Of a DNA stretch of 64,000 nt, positions 1-9,575 are shown one piece after another (positions within the stretch are counted from its first letter, which is position 1; every line of letters begins with the position of its first letter). A program made the translations under genes and the position numbers. This DNA is from Dehalococcoidia bacterium (lineage in GTDB: Bacteria; Chloroflexota; Dehalococcoidia; Plut-88900). The notes under the pieces are model-generated. The model worked only from the letters and a program-made list of their open reading frames with translations, was not told where the DNA came from and did no database searches. The stretch lies in contig CBDFLQ010000006.1 in NCBI GenBank assembly GCA_965249275.1, positions 416,001 through 480,000 on the forward strand. The letters run 5' to 3'.

Positions 1-564
1 CACTCCCCTTACCATGTCCGTAGTCCGCCGGAGCCCCGAGGTGATTCCATCAGGAAAATCAATGGTCGTTAGAGCGGTGTAGATAGCGTCGATCTGCTCC
101 AGCTTCCGTTCGCAAAGGTCTATGTCGCCCTTGCGAAGGGTATCCAGGATGTGCCGCCGCATCTCCCCAACCGCCTCCCCCATCCCGTTCAGATAAGCCG
201 GATACCCGACCCTTAGCTCGTCCGGGTCCGGTAAAGGCCTTTCCGATGCCAGGGACAGCGTGATCTGCCCCTCGGCGTACTCCTTTTGAGCGTCGTGCAG
301 AAAGCCCGCGTGATATACCGAGGGATGTCCTGCCAACGATTCTTCGGCCCGGTCCAGCAACTCTCGCGCCCGTGCCAGCAGCCTCTCTGCCTCCTCAAAC
401 TCTCCCCGATGAGTCGCCCTGATAGAGTTGGCGCAGTGCCGGATCGCGTCTCTCGACCCCCGCAGCCCCTCCTCCCTAGCCCCGTGCTTCTCCGATAGGC
501 TTGCCCGAACCTTCTCGATTATCGGCCCCAGGTTGGAGACCGGCCCCGGCCCTTCACTTGGCAT
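1..564 (-). CDS. Translin/TRAX-family (C3PO-like) protein, 3' end truncated by the window edge
   Basis: Manual translation from ATG 564 (not in ORF track): MPSEGPGPVSNLGPIIEKVRASLSEKHGAREEGLRGSRDAIRHCANSIRATHRGE...FLHDAQKEYAEG...YLNGMGEAVGEMRRHILD...GLRRTTDMVRGV. QKEYAE and LxGxxExVGExRR are translin motifs. Overlaps the thiE 3' end by 11 nt. Confidence 0.8.
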   Translation of the reverse strand, partial: MPSEGPGPVSNLGPIIEKVRASLSEKHGAREEGLRGSRDAIRHCANSIRATHRGEFEEAERLLARARELLDRAEESLAGHPSVYHAGFLHDAQKEYAEGQITLSLASERPLPDPDELRVGYPAYLNGMGEAVGEMRRHILDTLRKGDIDLCERKLEQIDAIYTALTTIDFPDGITSGLRRTTDMVRGV

Positions 565-1204
565 GACGCCCTCGGGACGCTGCATTAATCTTCTCGCTTA
601 GCTCCCTAGCCGCCGCCTCTATGTCCGGTGCTGACAGTACCGCGCTAATCACGCATATCGAATCTGCACCCGCTTCCACCACCGGCCCCACGTTGTCGGC
701 GTTGATACCACCAATCGCTACCACCGGAGTGGACACCCCACCCGACACCGACTCCAGCGTCACCAGGCCCGCGGGCCGCGTCACTGCCTTGGACCTCGTC
801 GGATATATCGCCCCGACCGCTATGTAATACGCACCGTCGGCCTCGGCCTTTCTCGCTTCCTCCACCGTCGCCGTCGACACCCCAATAACCGCTCCCTCCG
901 GCATCAAGGCCCGAGCCTCAACCAAAGGCAGGTCCTTCTGTCCCAGGTGCACGCCATCCGCTCCCGAGGCCAAAGCCAGGTCCACATGGTCATTCACGAT
1001 CGAAGTTACACCGGCCGCGGCACAGATGCGGTTGACTTCCCTGACGATGGGTAGCTGTTCACCCTTGTCCCGGGTCTTGTCGCGCCACTGGATCACCCGA
1101 GCCCCACCCCGAATCATCGCCTCTGCCGCCTCTACCTCCGAAATCCCTTTGAGAAAGCTCGGGTCGAGAATAACGTACAACCCCGAGATCTTGCCGCTCT
1201 TCAT
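554..1204 (-). CDS. thiE: Thiamine-phosphate synthase
   Basis: LYVILD, QWRDK, VNDHVDLA, DGVHLGQKD, YPTRSK and AIGGI motifs; start moved to ATG 1204 (MKSGKISG). Confidence 0.93.
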   Translation of the reverse strand: MKSGKISGLYVILDPSFLKGISEVEAAEAMIRGGARVIQWRDKTRDKGEQLPIVREVNRICAAAGVTSIVNDHVDLALASGADGVHLGQKDLPLVEARALMPEGAVIGVSTATVEEARKAEADGAYYIAVGAIYPTRSKAVTRPAGLVTLESVSGGVSTPVVAIGGINADNVGPVVEAGADSICVISAVLSAPDIEAAARELSEKINAASRGRHAK

Positions 1205-1229
1205 AGCACCCTTGGCCAATCTCCGAGCT

Positions 1230-1574
1230 TTAGATATCCTTGATCGCCGGAGGCATCTCACCGTCCCGAGCCGCGTCGATCATCTCCCGCGCCTGCTCCG
1301 GCATCTCGACACCCATATCACCCAATCTCTTCTCAGCCCACCGGCCAATGTTCGTCGGGTCCTTGTAGTAGTCGTCGGTCGGGTTCAACTGCGGCGGCCC
1401 CGATGCATCCCACTTGTCCTGCATCGACCTGTGATACGCCACCTGGGATATCATTCGGCTGAGATCGGCGCTCCCGCAGGACTCGCAAACCGGGTTAGCC
1501 GTCGAGCCTATGCTGCGCAGGAAGACACTCGTCGTCCTGCGACAGTCTGAGCATCTGTATTCGTAGATCGGCAT
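1230..1574 (-). CDS. FmdB-family zinc-ribbon protein
   Basis: MPIYEYRCSDC...CESCGS..LSRMIS signature. Confidence 0.88.
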   Translation of the reverse strand: MPIYEYRCSDCRRTTSVFLRSIGSTANPVCESCGSADLSRMISQVAYHRSMQDKWDASGPPQLNPTDDYYKDPTNIGRWAEKRLGDMGVEMPEQAREMIDAARDGEMPPAIKDI

Positions 1575-1575
1575 A

Positions 1576-1929
1576 TTAGTCGAAGTCTCCGTCGTCGCCT
1601 GGCTCTTCGGGCATGTCCCCCGCCTCCATCCGGTCCACTATCTCCCCGAACTCCGGGCCCATTTCCTCGCCCATCGAGTCTTCCATCTGCCGCATCATGT
1701 CTGCCATTACCTTCGGGTCTTTGTCGTCGCTGCCGCCCCAGGACGAGGGGTCCGATAGCTCTTCTAATCGGCTTTCGTCGGATTTGAGTATCGCCACCCG
1801 GGAAATCAGCCTCGAAAGCTCTCCAGACCCGCATTCAGGACATGCCTTGGACGGCGGGTCCACGAACCCCCGCACGAGCAAACTCACCTTGCGGTTACAT
1901 CCCCCACAGCGATATTCATAAATAGGCAT
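1576..1929 (-). CDS. FmdB-family zinc-ribbon protein (tandem paralog)
   Basis: MPIYEYRCGGC...CPECGS..LSRLIS signature; acidic, Met-rich C-terminus. Confidence 0.88.
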   Translation of the reverse strand: MPIYEYRCGGCNRKVSLLVRGFVDPPSKACPECGSGELSRLISRVAILKSDESRLEELSDPSSWGGSDDKDPKVMADMMRQMEDSMGEEMGPEFGEIVDRMEAGDMPEEPGDDGDFD

Positions 1930-1985
1930 CTTGGATTTCGTCTCGGCCCGAATTCTAGCACATCGATCCCGTCCAACCCTTATCC

Positions 1986-2262
1986 GTCATTCCCGCGGAG
2001 GCAGGCCGAAGGTGCGCCTCAGGCATGAATCCAGAGGTGCAGGGCGAGATCCGCACCGTCCAGTCCCCTCTCCCTTGATGTGTCTGCAGATGCGCACCTG
2101 TTCCCCATGCCATCTCGAAAGCCCCCATGTCATCCCGAGGCTCCGCGAGGGATCTAGGACTTGCCCATTCACCTTCCTCCTTAAAGCATCCATCCAACGG
2201 ACTGACCCGCTCATCCTGAGCCAGCTGAAAGTCCGCCTCTGGAGGATCGAAGGGTCGAGCGG
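1986..2262 (+). repeat. Cluster of palindromic repeats (A-like, D, A and B types) carrying 22-nt micro-insertions
   Basis: GTCATTCCCGCGGAGGCAGG[2006-2027]AATCCAG; CCCCTCTCCCTTGATG at 2065; a 37-bp type-A copy at 2128-2164 identical to 6343-6379; CGCTCATCCTGAGCCAG[2225-2246]TCGAAGGG. Confidence 0.85.
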
Positions 2263-2279
2263 ATAGGCACGCATATCCC

Positions 2280-2651
2280 CTACCCCTCCCCCCACCCCAC
2301 CGCATTCCGTATCAACTGCACCCGAGGCCGAGCCCCTCCCGCCTCTATCCCAACCACGTCGATACGCCACTCCCTATCCTCGTAACCCTTCTCCTGAACA
2401 TACTCTTGCGCCGACTGAACCAGCTTCTGTTGCTTTGCCGCCGTCACAGACTCCTCAGGCCTCCCAAACGCCCTCGTCCGTCGGCTCTTCACTTCCACAA
2501 ACACCAGGCAATCTCCGTCCCACGCCACGATATCGACCTCCCCATACTTCCCCCGATACTTCGCCTCGATTATCGAATACCCCTTCTGTTCAAGGAATCG
2601 GCGGGCGTATTCCTCACCCCAGTCCCCAAATCTCGTCCGTTCGTGAGGCAT
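2280..2651 (-). CDS. yraN: YraN-family predicted endonuclease
   Basis: GDWGEEYA, GEVDIVA, LVFVEVKSR, PEESVT and WRIDVV motifs; directly after rnhB. Confidence 0.92.
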   Translation of the reverse strand: MPHERTRFGDWGEEYARRFLEQKGYSIIEAKYRGKYGEVDIVAWDGDCLVFVEVKSRRTRAFGRPEESVTAAKQQKLVQSAQEYVQEKGYEDREWRIDVVGIEAGGARPRVQLIRNAVGWGEG

Positions 2652-2662
2652 ATTCCCCGACC

Positions 2663-3313
2663 CTAGACCAGCATCCCGAGCCCGGTCACCCGAGCCACGG
2701 GAGCAAAGCTAACCCGATGAATGATGCACGAACCCTGCCTGTACAGCGCCTCAATGTGCTCCCGAGTCCCGTATCCCTTGTTCCGCAAGAAACCATACCC
2801 CGGATACCTCCGGTCCGCTTCTACCATCATCCTGTCCCGAGCCACCTTTGCCACTATCGACGCCGCAGCTATGGTCAACGACACCCGGTCCCCCTTAATC
2901 GGACACTGCTGAGGTAGATCGATTCCCGGAAGAGACAGCGCATCGATGAGCAATGCTTGGGGTTGAGGAGAAAGCTTTCCTATCGCACGGCTCATGGCCC
3001 GACGCGTCGCCCCTACTATCCCCACCGCATCAACCTCCCGCACTGAGGCCCACCCTATCCCCACTGCCAAGGCCACCTCGTGTATCCGCAAATCCATCCG
3101 CTCTCTAGCCGATGCCGTCAGCTCCTTCGAATCCCGAATCCCGACTAGACTGGATTCAGCGATATCCTGCGGGAAAATTACCGCTCCTGCCACTACCGGG
3201 CCCGCCAGAGGCCCCCGCCCCACCTCGTCCACCCCTGCAACGTAGGTGATATCTTGCCCCCAGAACACGTTCTCCAATGCCAATCCGGGAGGCCGACACT
3301 TAACTGGAGTCAT
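2663..3313 (-). CDS. rnhB: Ribonuclease HII
   Basis: AGVDEVGRGPLAGPVVA, DSKEL, IKGD, AAASIVAKVARD, NKGYGT and HRVSF motifs. Confidence 0.96.
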   Translation of the reverse strand: MTPVKCRPPGLALENVFWGQDITYVAGVDEVGRGPLAGPVVAGAVIFPQDIAESSLVGIRDSKELTASARERMDLRIHEVALAVGIGWASVREVDAVGIVGATRRAMSRAIGKLSPQPQALLIDALSLPGIDLPQQCPIKGDRVSLTIAAASIVAKVARDRMMVEADRRYPGYGFLRNKGYGTREHIEALYRQGSCIIHRVSFAPVARVTGLGMLV

Positions 3314-3387
3314 TCGGTTGGCCTGCCTGCGTAGCTACGGGCATTGGCCATATTCCACCTTCGTCGAAGCTGCGATCGCAGTAAGAA

Positions 3388-4521
3388 TCAGGGTTTGGCA
3401 GGCACGGGCACTCGAGTCCCGTCACTGGCTGACTCATCAGAGGAGGCGCTCAGTGGACCATCTATCACCCCACCCCCCACCACCTCATCCCCGAAATAAA
3501 ACACCGATGCTTGACCCGGAGTAACGGCCCTCTGAGGCGAATCAAACAGCACGCTGGCCGTGTCCCCGTCCGGGAGTAAGGTCGCACCTACTTCCGATGC
3601 CCGATGCCTTATTCTGACACTTATCCTCGTAGGCTCGACTGGAGCAACCCCCGACACATAGCTCACCTTGGAAGCCGTCAACCCTTCCGACCAAAGATCG
3701 GCGTCTTCACCAACCACTACCTCGTTCCGCTCCGCATCCAGCGAAACCACGTACCTCCGACCCAGGGACCCCACCCCCAACCCCTTCCTCTGCCCCACCG
3801 TGAACTCCTCGATCCCTCCGTGCGAGCCGATACGGTTACCTTCCATGTCGACAACGTCGCCTTGCCTGGGCTCGATGCTCTTCCGCAGAAAGCCGCGGTA
3901 GTCGCCGTCCGGGATAAAGCAGATGTCCTGACTGTCCGGCTTATCTGCAACCGGCAGGTCCAACGACCGGGCAATCTCCCGAATGCGGGGCTTGGGATAC
4001 TCTCCGACTGGGAACATGAGCCTCGAAAGCTCCTCCTGTCCCAGTCCATACAGTACGTAGCTCTGGTCCTTCCCCGGGTCCCGAGCCTTCAGCAACTTGT
4101 ACCTGTCACTCGACTGCTCGATGCGCGCATAGTGCCCAGTCGCCAGCTTGTCCGCACCCAAGGCTCGGGCTCGCTCCATAAGGAACCGGAACTTCACCTG
4201 CTCGTTGCAGGCGATGCACGGGTTGGGCGTCCGGCCCTGCCGGTACTCCCCTAAGAAATATTCGATGACCTTCGCCCTGAACTCCTTCTCGAAGTTCTGG
4301 ACATAGTGAGGTATGCCAAGTATGCGGCACACCCGCCGGGCGTCGGTCGTGTCCTCGGCCGTGCAGCACCGCTTGTTCTGCCGACTCTCCCCTCCCGGCT
4401 GAGGTGCGGAAAGCCGCATAGTAACGCCTATGACGTCATATCCCGCATCCTTCAGAAGGTATGCCGACACCGCGGAGTCGACTCCCCCACTCATGGCCGC
4501 AACTACTACGTCGTTCTTCAT
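3388..4521 (-). CDS. mnmA: tRNA-specific 2-thiouridylase
   Basis: [43 protein letters not shown] and TPGQ motifs; ATG 4521 preferred. Confidence 0.96.
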   Translation of the reverse strand: MKNDVVVAAMSGGVDSAVSAYLLKDAGYDVIGVTMRLSAPQPGGESRQNKRCCTAEDTTDARRVCRILGIPHYVQNFEKEFRAKVIEYFLGEYRQGRTPNPCIACNEQVKFRFLMERARALGADKLATGHYARIEQSSDRYKLLKARDPGKDQSYVLYGLGQEELSRLMFPVGEYPKPRIREIARSLDLPVADKPDSQDICFIPDGDYRGFLRKSIEPRQGDVVDMEGNRIGSHGGIEEFTVGQRKGLGVGSLGRRYVVSLDAERNEVVVGEDADLWSEGLTASKVSYVSGVAPVEPTRISVRIRHRASEVGATLLPDGDTASVLFDSPQRAVTPGQASVFYFGDEVVGGGVIDGPLSASSDESASDGTRVPVPAKP

Positions 4522-4606
4522 CTCTTGATATAGTCTCACTTATTGAATTCCATTCGAGGATATCACGCTCCTTCGAATAGCGGCAATCTCTCCCCTGTCT
4601 CCATCG

Positions 4607-5008
4607 TTGACCCGAGCCTCTCCGGTGCTACAATTGGGTATCTCAAACCCGCAGGAGGCAAGCCTGGAGCCCCTCGAACAGGCGCGCAAGATCACCGAGA
4701 TCGCATCGGAGAGGCAGGGATCCGACATCCTGCTTCTGGATGTCAGCGAGGTCTGCGGTTTCGCCGACTACTTCGTGATAATGAGCTCCCTCACCCCCCG
4801 TCACACCGTCGCCCTGCGCGAAGAGATAGAGTCCGGCCTGAAAGGCATAAGCGACGACCTTATTCACAGAGAGGGCTCAGCAAGCTCCGGATGGGTCCTG
4901 CTCGACTACGGAAGCGTGGTCGTTCACATCTTCTCCGCCGCCGAGCGAGAATACTATCGGCTGGAAAGCCTCTGGGAACACGGCAACACCATCGTCAGAA
5001 TCCAGTAG
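4607..5008 (+). CDS. rsfS: Ribosome silencing factor
   Basis: DILLLDV, ADYFVI, WVLLDYGSVVVHIF and REYYRLESLW motifs; exact start uncertain. Confidence 0.93.
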   Translation: MTRASPVLQLGISNPQEASLEPLEQARKITEIASERQGSDILLLDVSEVCGFADYFVIMSSLTPRHTVALREEIESGLKGISDDLIHREGSASSGWVLLDYGSVVVHIFSAAEREYYRLESLWEHGNTIVRIQ

Positions 5009-5015
5009 CTCCCTC

Positions 5016-5465
5016 CTACTCCAATATCCACGGCTCCACGTTCCGCTCGTAGCTGATTAGTTCCCCGCTCCCGAAGAACAGTTCCAGTTCAGTCACCGCG
5101 TTCTCCGGGGAGTCCGACCCATGAACCAGGTTCCGGCCAATGTCCATCCCAAAGTCCCCCCGAATCGTACCCGGAGCCGCTTTCTTGGGGTCGGTAACCC
5201 CCATCATAGCCCGCACCACTTCAACTGCTTTCGGGCCTTCCAGCGCTATTGCCACAATCGGGCTGGACGTTATGAAGTTCACCAGCCCCTCGAAAAACGG
5301 CTTGCCCTCATGGACTCCGTAGTGTCGACCCGCCAGGGCCCGGTCCATGTGAATCATCTTCATCCCGACAATTTTGAGTCCCTTCGACTCAAACCGTCCT
5401 ATCACCTGCCCCGATAGGCCCCTCTGAACTGCGTCGGGCTTTAACAAAACTAGCGTTCTTTCCAT
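5016..5465 (-). CDS. ndk: Nucleoside diphosphate kinase
   Basis: ERTLVLLKPDAVQR, PGTIRGDF and NLVHGSDS motifs. Confidence 0.97.
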   Translation of the reverse strand: MERTLVLLKPDAVQRGLSGQVIGRFESKGLKIVGMKMIHMDRALAGRHYGVHEGKPFFEGLVNFITSSPIVAIALEGPKAVEVVRAMMGVTDPKKAAPGTIRGDFGMDIGRNLVHGSDSPENAVTELELFFGSGELISYERNVEPWILE

Positions 5466-5565
5466 GCTTACCTATTACCAGCGCCGCCATCAGACGACGC
5501 TGCCCTCCTTAATCAATGTTCATCTTCGAAAGATGTAATGCGTAGCTATATTAGCAGAACCGACC

Positions 5566-6255
5566 TCACCCTCCCGGCGGCCGAGTCGACTTCGATATCG
5601 ATGGTCGGCGCAGGTAAAACGGCTGTAGTGTCACGGGGTCGTCCACTTCTCCCTTGGCTATCTTCCCAATGCCGATATCCCCCATACACACCGCCCTCGA
5701 CGCCCGCCCCACCCCTTGCGGTATCAACGCCCGCCCCCCGAGCCGATCCCTCAACTCCGACTCCATCTCCTGCGTGATCCCGCCACAGAAAATGGTCGGC
5801 TCGCCGACCAATTCGGCGAGAGCCTCTATGGTCGTCACCCTGTCTTCGGCCGTCTTCTCCATTTCCACGTCATTCATCCGATACGACGCCGCGGCCACCT
5901 CCCCCCGCCCCACCGGCAGCAGCGACCATACCGGCACGCCAAGCCCAACAAACGGGAAAGCCGACGCATCCAGCGTGTCAATAGCCACCAGCGGCGCACC
6001 CGTCGAAACGGCGAACCCCTTGGCCGTCGTCATCCCCACCCTCAACCCCGAGAACCCACCCGGCCCCAGGCTCACCACAAAGCCCTTCAGGTCATGCAAG
6101 CCTAATTCGGCCTTTCCAAGGAGATGCAGGATGGCTGGTACTAGCTCTGCAGAATGGTTCTGCCTAGTGCGCCAATGGAACTGCCCAGCCACCTCAGTCT
6201 CGTCCATCAGGGCCACCCCTAGGTCTTTCGTAGCCGTGTCGATTACCAGGTACAC
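5566..6255 (-). CDS. tsaB: t6A biosynthesis protein TsaB
   Basis: IDTAT, HSAEL, GPGGFSGLRVG and C-terminal PFYLR motifs. Confidence 0.93.
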   Translation of the reverse strand: MYLVIDTATKDLGVALMDETEVAGQFHWRTRQNHSAELVPAILHLLGKAELGLHDLKGFVVSLGPGGFSGLRVGMTTAKGFAVSTGAPLVAIDTLDASAFPFVGLGVPVWSLLPVGRGEVAAASYRMNDVEMEKTAEDRVTTIEALAELVGEPTIFCGGITQEMESELRDRLGGRALIPQGVGRASRAVCMGDIGIGKIAKGEVDDPVTLQPFYLRRPSISKSTRPPGG

Positions 6256-6261
6256 CTAAGC

Positions 6262-6560
6262 CCCCGTGTCATCCCAAAATCTCTATTTCACCCCTAAGCT
6301 CCCCTGTCATCCCGAAACCCCCTTGTCATCCCCAAGCCCCTTTGTCATCCCGAGGCTCCGCGAGGGATCTAGGACTTGCGCTCTCACGTTTCTCTTTCCC
6401 TTGTCGCTCATTAAATCCTTTGAATAACCTGCGCTGGAGGGGCCGGGGCCGCTCGTGCTGAGCGGCTGTAAGTGCGCCACTGGAGCATCGAAGTATGAGC
6501 GAGGGGAGGGAAGCGACTTACCCCCTCGCCCTTGACGGGAGAGGGCTGGGGTGAGGGTGA
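6262..6560 (+). repeat. Repeat cluster: iterated type-A left arms, full type A, type B with a 22-nt insertion, empty type D
   Basis: Four TGTCATCCC units from 6267 to 6351; type A at 6343-6379; GCCGCTCGTGCTGAGCGG[6466-6487]TCGAAGTATGAGCG; CCCTCGCCCTTGACGGGAGAGGGCTGGGGTGAGGGTGA. Confidence 0.85.
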
Positions 6561-6598
6561 GTTCTAGCGCTACGTCCATCATCTTCGCGTGGCTAACC

Positions 6599-7078
6599 TT
6601 ACAACCGGCACCCTATCCCCCCACCACCCCCCCCCACTCTCTCAAGCAGCCTCCCGTGCCGTTCACCCCCCGCCCGAAGCTCGACCATCCGCTCCTCTGC
6701 ACCCGTGACCGTAATCTCGACCCGAAGATGATCGGCAGGAAAAAGCGACTCGCCCTTCTCCGCCCACTCGACTACGCACACGCCGCCATTCCCATAGGTC
6801 TCGTCCAACCCCAGGTCCTCAATCTCCAACGGATCGTCGACTCGATAGAGGTCCGCGTGGAAAAGAGTGTGCCTACCCTCGTATTCAGAGACCAGCACAA
6901 AAGTGGGGCTTCGAGCGTATTCGATTACCCCAAGCCCCCAGGCTATCCCCTGGGTCATACACGTTTTACCCGCCCCCAGGTCCCCGATCATCAGCACCAG
7001 CTCTCCGCCCTCCATCAGTTCTCCAATACGGCGGCCCAGGGCCTGAGTTTCCTCCGGCCCCCGTGTCACGATCTCCAT
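6599..7078 (-). CDS. tsaE: t6A biosynthesis ATPase TsaE
   Basis: GDLGAGKT, SPTFVLV, HADLYR and VEWA motifs; ATG 7078 (MEIVTRG). Confidence 0.95.
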   Translation of the reverse strand: MEIVTRGPEETQALGRRIGELMEGGELVLMIGDLGAGKTCMTQGIAWGLGVIEYARSPTFVLVSEYEGRHTLFHADLYRVDDPLEIEDLGLDETYGNGGVCVVEWAEKGESLFPADHLRVEITVTGAEERMVELRAGGERHGRLLERVGGGGGGIGCRL

Positions 7079-7092
7079 TCGACTTGAGTGCG

Positions 7093-8094
7093 TCAAGGCT
7101 TCGAAAAATGCTCCCATCCGGACTTGGGCGACTCAACTGCGAGCCCGTCGTCGTCCAGGAGCATCACCTCTCCCGCCTGTCCCTCCACCATCTCTCCTAT
7201 TATCGTCAAGGGTATGGCAATCTGCTCCGAACCCCGCTCCAACGCCTCCCGAGACCCCGCAACCAGAAGTTCGTAGTCTTCTCCCGCTGTAAGCGCGAGA
7301 GTCTCCGCCTCCGGCCCGAACACCTCCCTCACATCCCCCGACACCGGCAGCTTGCCAATCGACACACGCGCCTCAACCCCGCTCATCACACAAATCTTCG
7401 GCAGGTCGGACATCAGCCCGTCGCTCACGTCCATCGCCGCCCGTACACCTGCATTGAGTAAAGCCTGCCCTTCGACAACCCTGGGGATAGGCCGATTGTG
7501 CGCCGCCTTCAACCGCTCTCGAACGTCACCCGAAACATCGGTATCGCCATTTAGGACCCGGAACCCCGCCCCGGAGCTTCCTAGCCACCCCGTCACGGCT
7601 ATCAGGTCCCCACCCCTGGCCCCATCCCGGCGCAGGATCTCTCCCGAGCCGATTGCCTCCCCTATCAGGGTCACGTTTATCATCATGCACGGCGCTCCCA
7701 CCGTATCTCCCCCTATCACCCTGCACCCGAACTCCTCCCCTATCTCCTTCATCCCTCGGTACATTTCCACCACCGACTCCCCTTCCGTGTCCGGACTTAG
7801 CCCCAGCGACACCAGTGCATATCTCGGCACTCCCCCCATGGCTGCAATGTCACTCAGGTTAATCGCCAACGCCTTCCAGCCCAGGTCCCGATAAGACGTC
7901 GTCTCGGTGCGAAAATGAACATCCTCTACCATTGTGTCCGTAGTCGCCAACTCGACATCCGAGCCCGGCTTCCAAGCCGCCGTATCATCCCCGATGTCGA
8001 GCAGGACCCCGCGGCTATCCCCCGGGTGCCGAACTCCCAGCACGTCGGCAATCATCTCCACCAATCCAAACTCCCCCATCTCCGATACCTTCAT
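7093..8094 (-). CDS. thiL: Thiamine-monophosphate kinase
   Basis: GEFGLV, IGDDTA, NLSDIAAMGG, GGDT, MDVSDGL and GEDYEL motifs; ATG 8094. Confidence 0.95.
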   Translation of the reverse strand: MKVSEMGEFGLVEMIADVLGVRHPGDSRGVLLDIGDDTAAWKPGSDVELATTDTMVEDVHFRTETTSYRDLGWKALAINLSDIAAMGGVPRYALVSLGLSPDTEGESVVEMYRGMKEIGEEFGCRVIGGDTVGAPCMMINVTLIGEAIGSGEILRRDGARGGDLIAVTGWLGSSGAGFRVLNGDTDVSGDVRERLKAAHNRPIPRVVEGQALLNAGVRAAMDVSDGLMSDLPKICVMSGVEARVSIGKLPVSGDVREVFGPEAETLALTAGEDYELLVAGSREALERGSEQIAIPLTIIGEMVEGQAGEVMLLDDDGLAVESPKSGWEHFSKP

Positions 8095-8208
8095 ACCCGC
8101 GATTATACCCGCAACCCCACGACCCCACGAAGAGACCATGCCTGTAAAGTGACACCAGTTCCTTGACTCATTGGGGCGCAGAACTACAAAATAGCGGCGG
8201 AGTCAAAG

Positions 8209-9573
8209 ATGGACGAGATTACGCTCAAAAACTACCGTTGCTTCGCCGATGAACAGACGGCGCGGCTTGCGCCCCTGACTCTCCTAATCGGAGAAAACAG
8301 CACCGGAAAGACTTCCTTTCTAGCCATGATCCGCACCCTCAGCAAAGTTGCCCGCGGCTCGCCAATACCGAATTTTAACGAGCCTCCCTACAACTTAGGC
8401 AGCTTCGATGAGATCGTCCACTACAAAGGAGTTAACGTCGCCCGCGCAGACACATTCGAAGCCAGCATAACTGTCAACGCGCCCCCACCGGGGGTTGAAT
8501 ATTCGCCAGACTTTCTCAAATGCCCTTATTACATGCAAGCCACATTTGTCGGAAGAGGGGCTACTCCCATTGCCTCGCTAACCAAAGAGAAGGAGCTTCG
8601 TGGGAATAATTGGATAGAAAAACACTTTGAATTGGGTGGGCCTAGTCTGGCACGTTGTGGCACAGTTCGGGGTCAATGGGAGTTGGAGATACCCTCAGAG
8701 ATTACCGAGCGTCACGGAAAAGAAAACGTTCAGATTCCGCCCATGTTTTTTCTAATGTCCCCTAACTCAGGTTTGAGCAATGCAGTAGGCAAACCGCTCA
8801 AACCTATTTCAGGGTCTCCTCCTTTCAACCACCGCGATGAATATGAACTTGAGGGATTTGTACTTGGCGTTTTTCGAGTTGTTCCAATTCCCATGGCGAC
8901 AGCCCCCGTCCAATCCAAACCCAACCGTACCTATCACCATTCAGTTCCATTTTGGGACCCATCGGGTGGACATGTACCCAACTTGCTTGCGAGCTTGTAT
9001 TTGCAAGATAAGGCGAATTGGAAAGCACTCAAGAATGCTATTGAGAATTTTGGTGCGAATGCCGGGCTTTTTAATGAGATTAATATACGAAGTCTGGGCG
9101 AACGTGCCAGCGATCCCTTCCAATTGCAGGTCAGAAAATTTGAGGGCAAACGAAAGGGTTTGTGGCACAACCTTGTAGACGTGGGTTACGGCATCAGCCA
9201 AGTTCTTCCGATAGTTACGGAAATGCTTCGTGCAGATGCCGCAAATCTGTTCTTGTTTCAGCAGCCTGAAGTCCACCTCCACCCCAGTGCCCAAGCTGCC
9301 CTTGGAAGCCTCTTCTGCGAAGTTGCAGCCCGAGGACATCAATTGATAGTCGAGACCCACAGCGACTACATCCTCGACCGCATCCGAATGGACATCCGGG
9401 ATTGCAAGTCAGACCTTAAGCCCGAAGACGTGTCAATCCTCTTCTTTGAACGTCAAGGCTTAGGCGTAAACATCCACTCAATCCGGCTGGACCAAGAAGG
9501 CAATATCCTGAATGCTCCTCCAAGCTATGGTAACTTCTTCATCAATGAGACAACTCGTTCGTTGGGACTCTAA
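8209..9573 (+). CDS. ABC-type AAA ATPase (AAA_15/AAA_21-like) with DUF3696-like C-terminus
   Basis: Walker A GENSTGKT, signature-like VGYGISQV, Walker B/D-loop FQQPEVHLHP, H-loop ETHSD. Visibly more AT-rich than the flanks. Confidence 0.85.
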   Translation: MDEITLKNYRCFADEQTARLAPLTLLIGENSTGKTSFLAMIRTLSKVARGSPIPNFNEPPYNLGSFDEIVHYKGVNVARADTFEASITVNAPPPGVEYSPDFLKCPYYMQATFVGRGATPIASLTKEKELRGNNWIEKHFELGGPSLARCGTVRGQWELEIPSEITERHGKENVQIPPMFFLMSPNSGLSNAVGKPLKPISGSPPFNHRDEYELEGFVLGVFRVVPIPMATAPVQSKPNRTYHHSVPFWDPSGGHVPNLLASLYLQDKANWKALKNAIENFGANAGLFNEINIRSLGERASDPFQLQVRKFEGKRKGLWHNLVDVGYGISQVLPIVTEMLRADAANLFLFQQPEVHLHPSAQAALGSLFCEVAARGHQLIVETHSDYILDRIRMDIRDCKSDLKPEDVSILFFERQGLGVNIHSIRLDQEGNILNAPPSYGNFFINETTRSLGL

Positions 9574-9575
9574 TA

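Noticed and set aside
1931-2370. ORFs spanning the repeat clusters (also 6307..6582, 22109..22435, 58399..58611, 61406..61851)
   Set aside because: They are translations of palindromic repeats (e.g. the shared QVLDPSRSLGMT peptide) with no protein motifs.
6262-6379. Short repeats resembling a mini CRISPR array
   Set aside because: The units are ~9-18 nt, degenerate and irregularly spaced, with no 30-40 nt spacers and no cas genes.
554-8200. TPP riboswitch near thiE/thiL
   Set aside because: No GCTGAGA...CCTGA TPP core was found upstream of either gene.
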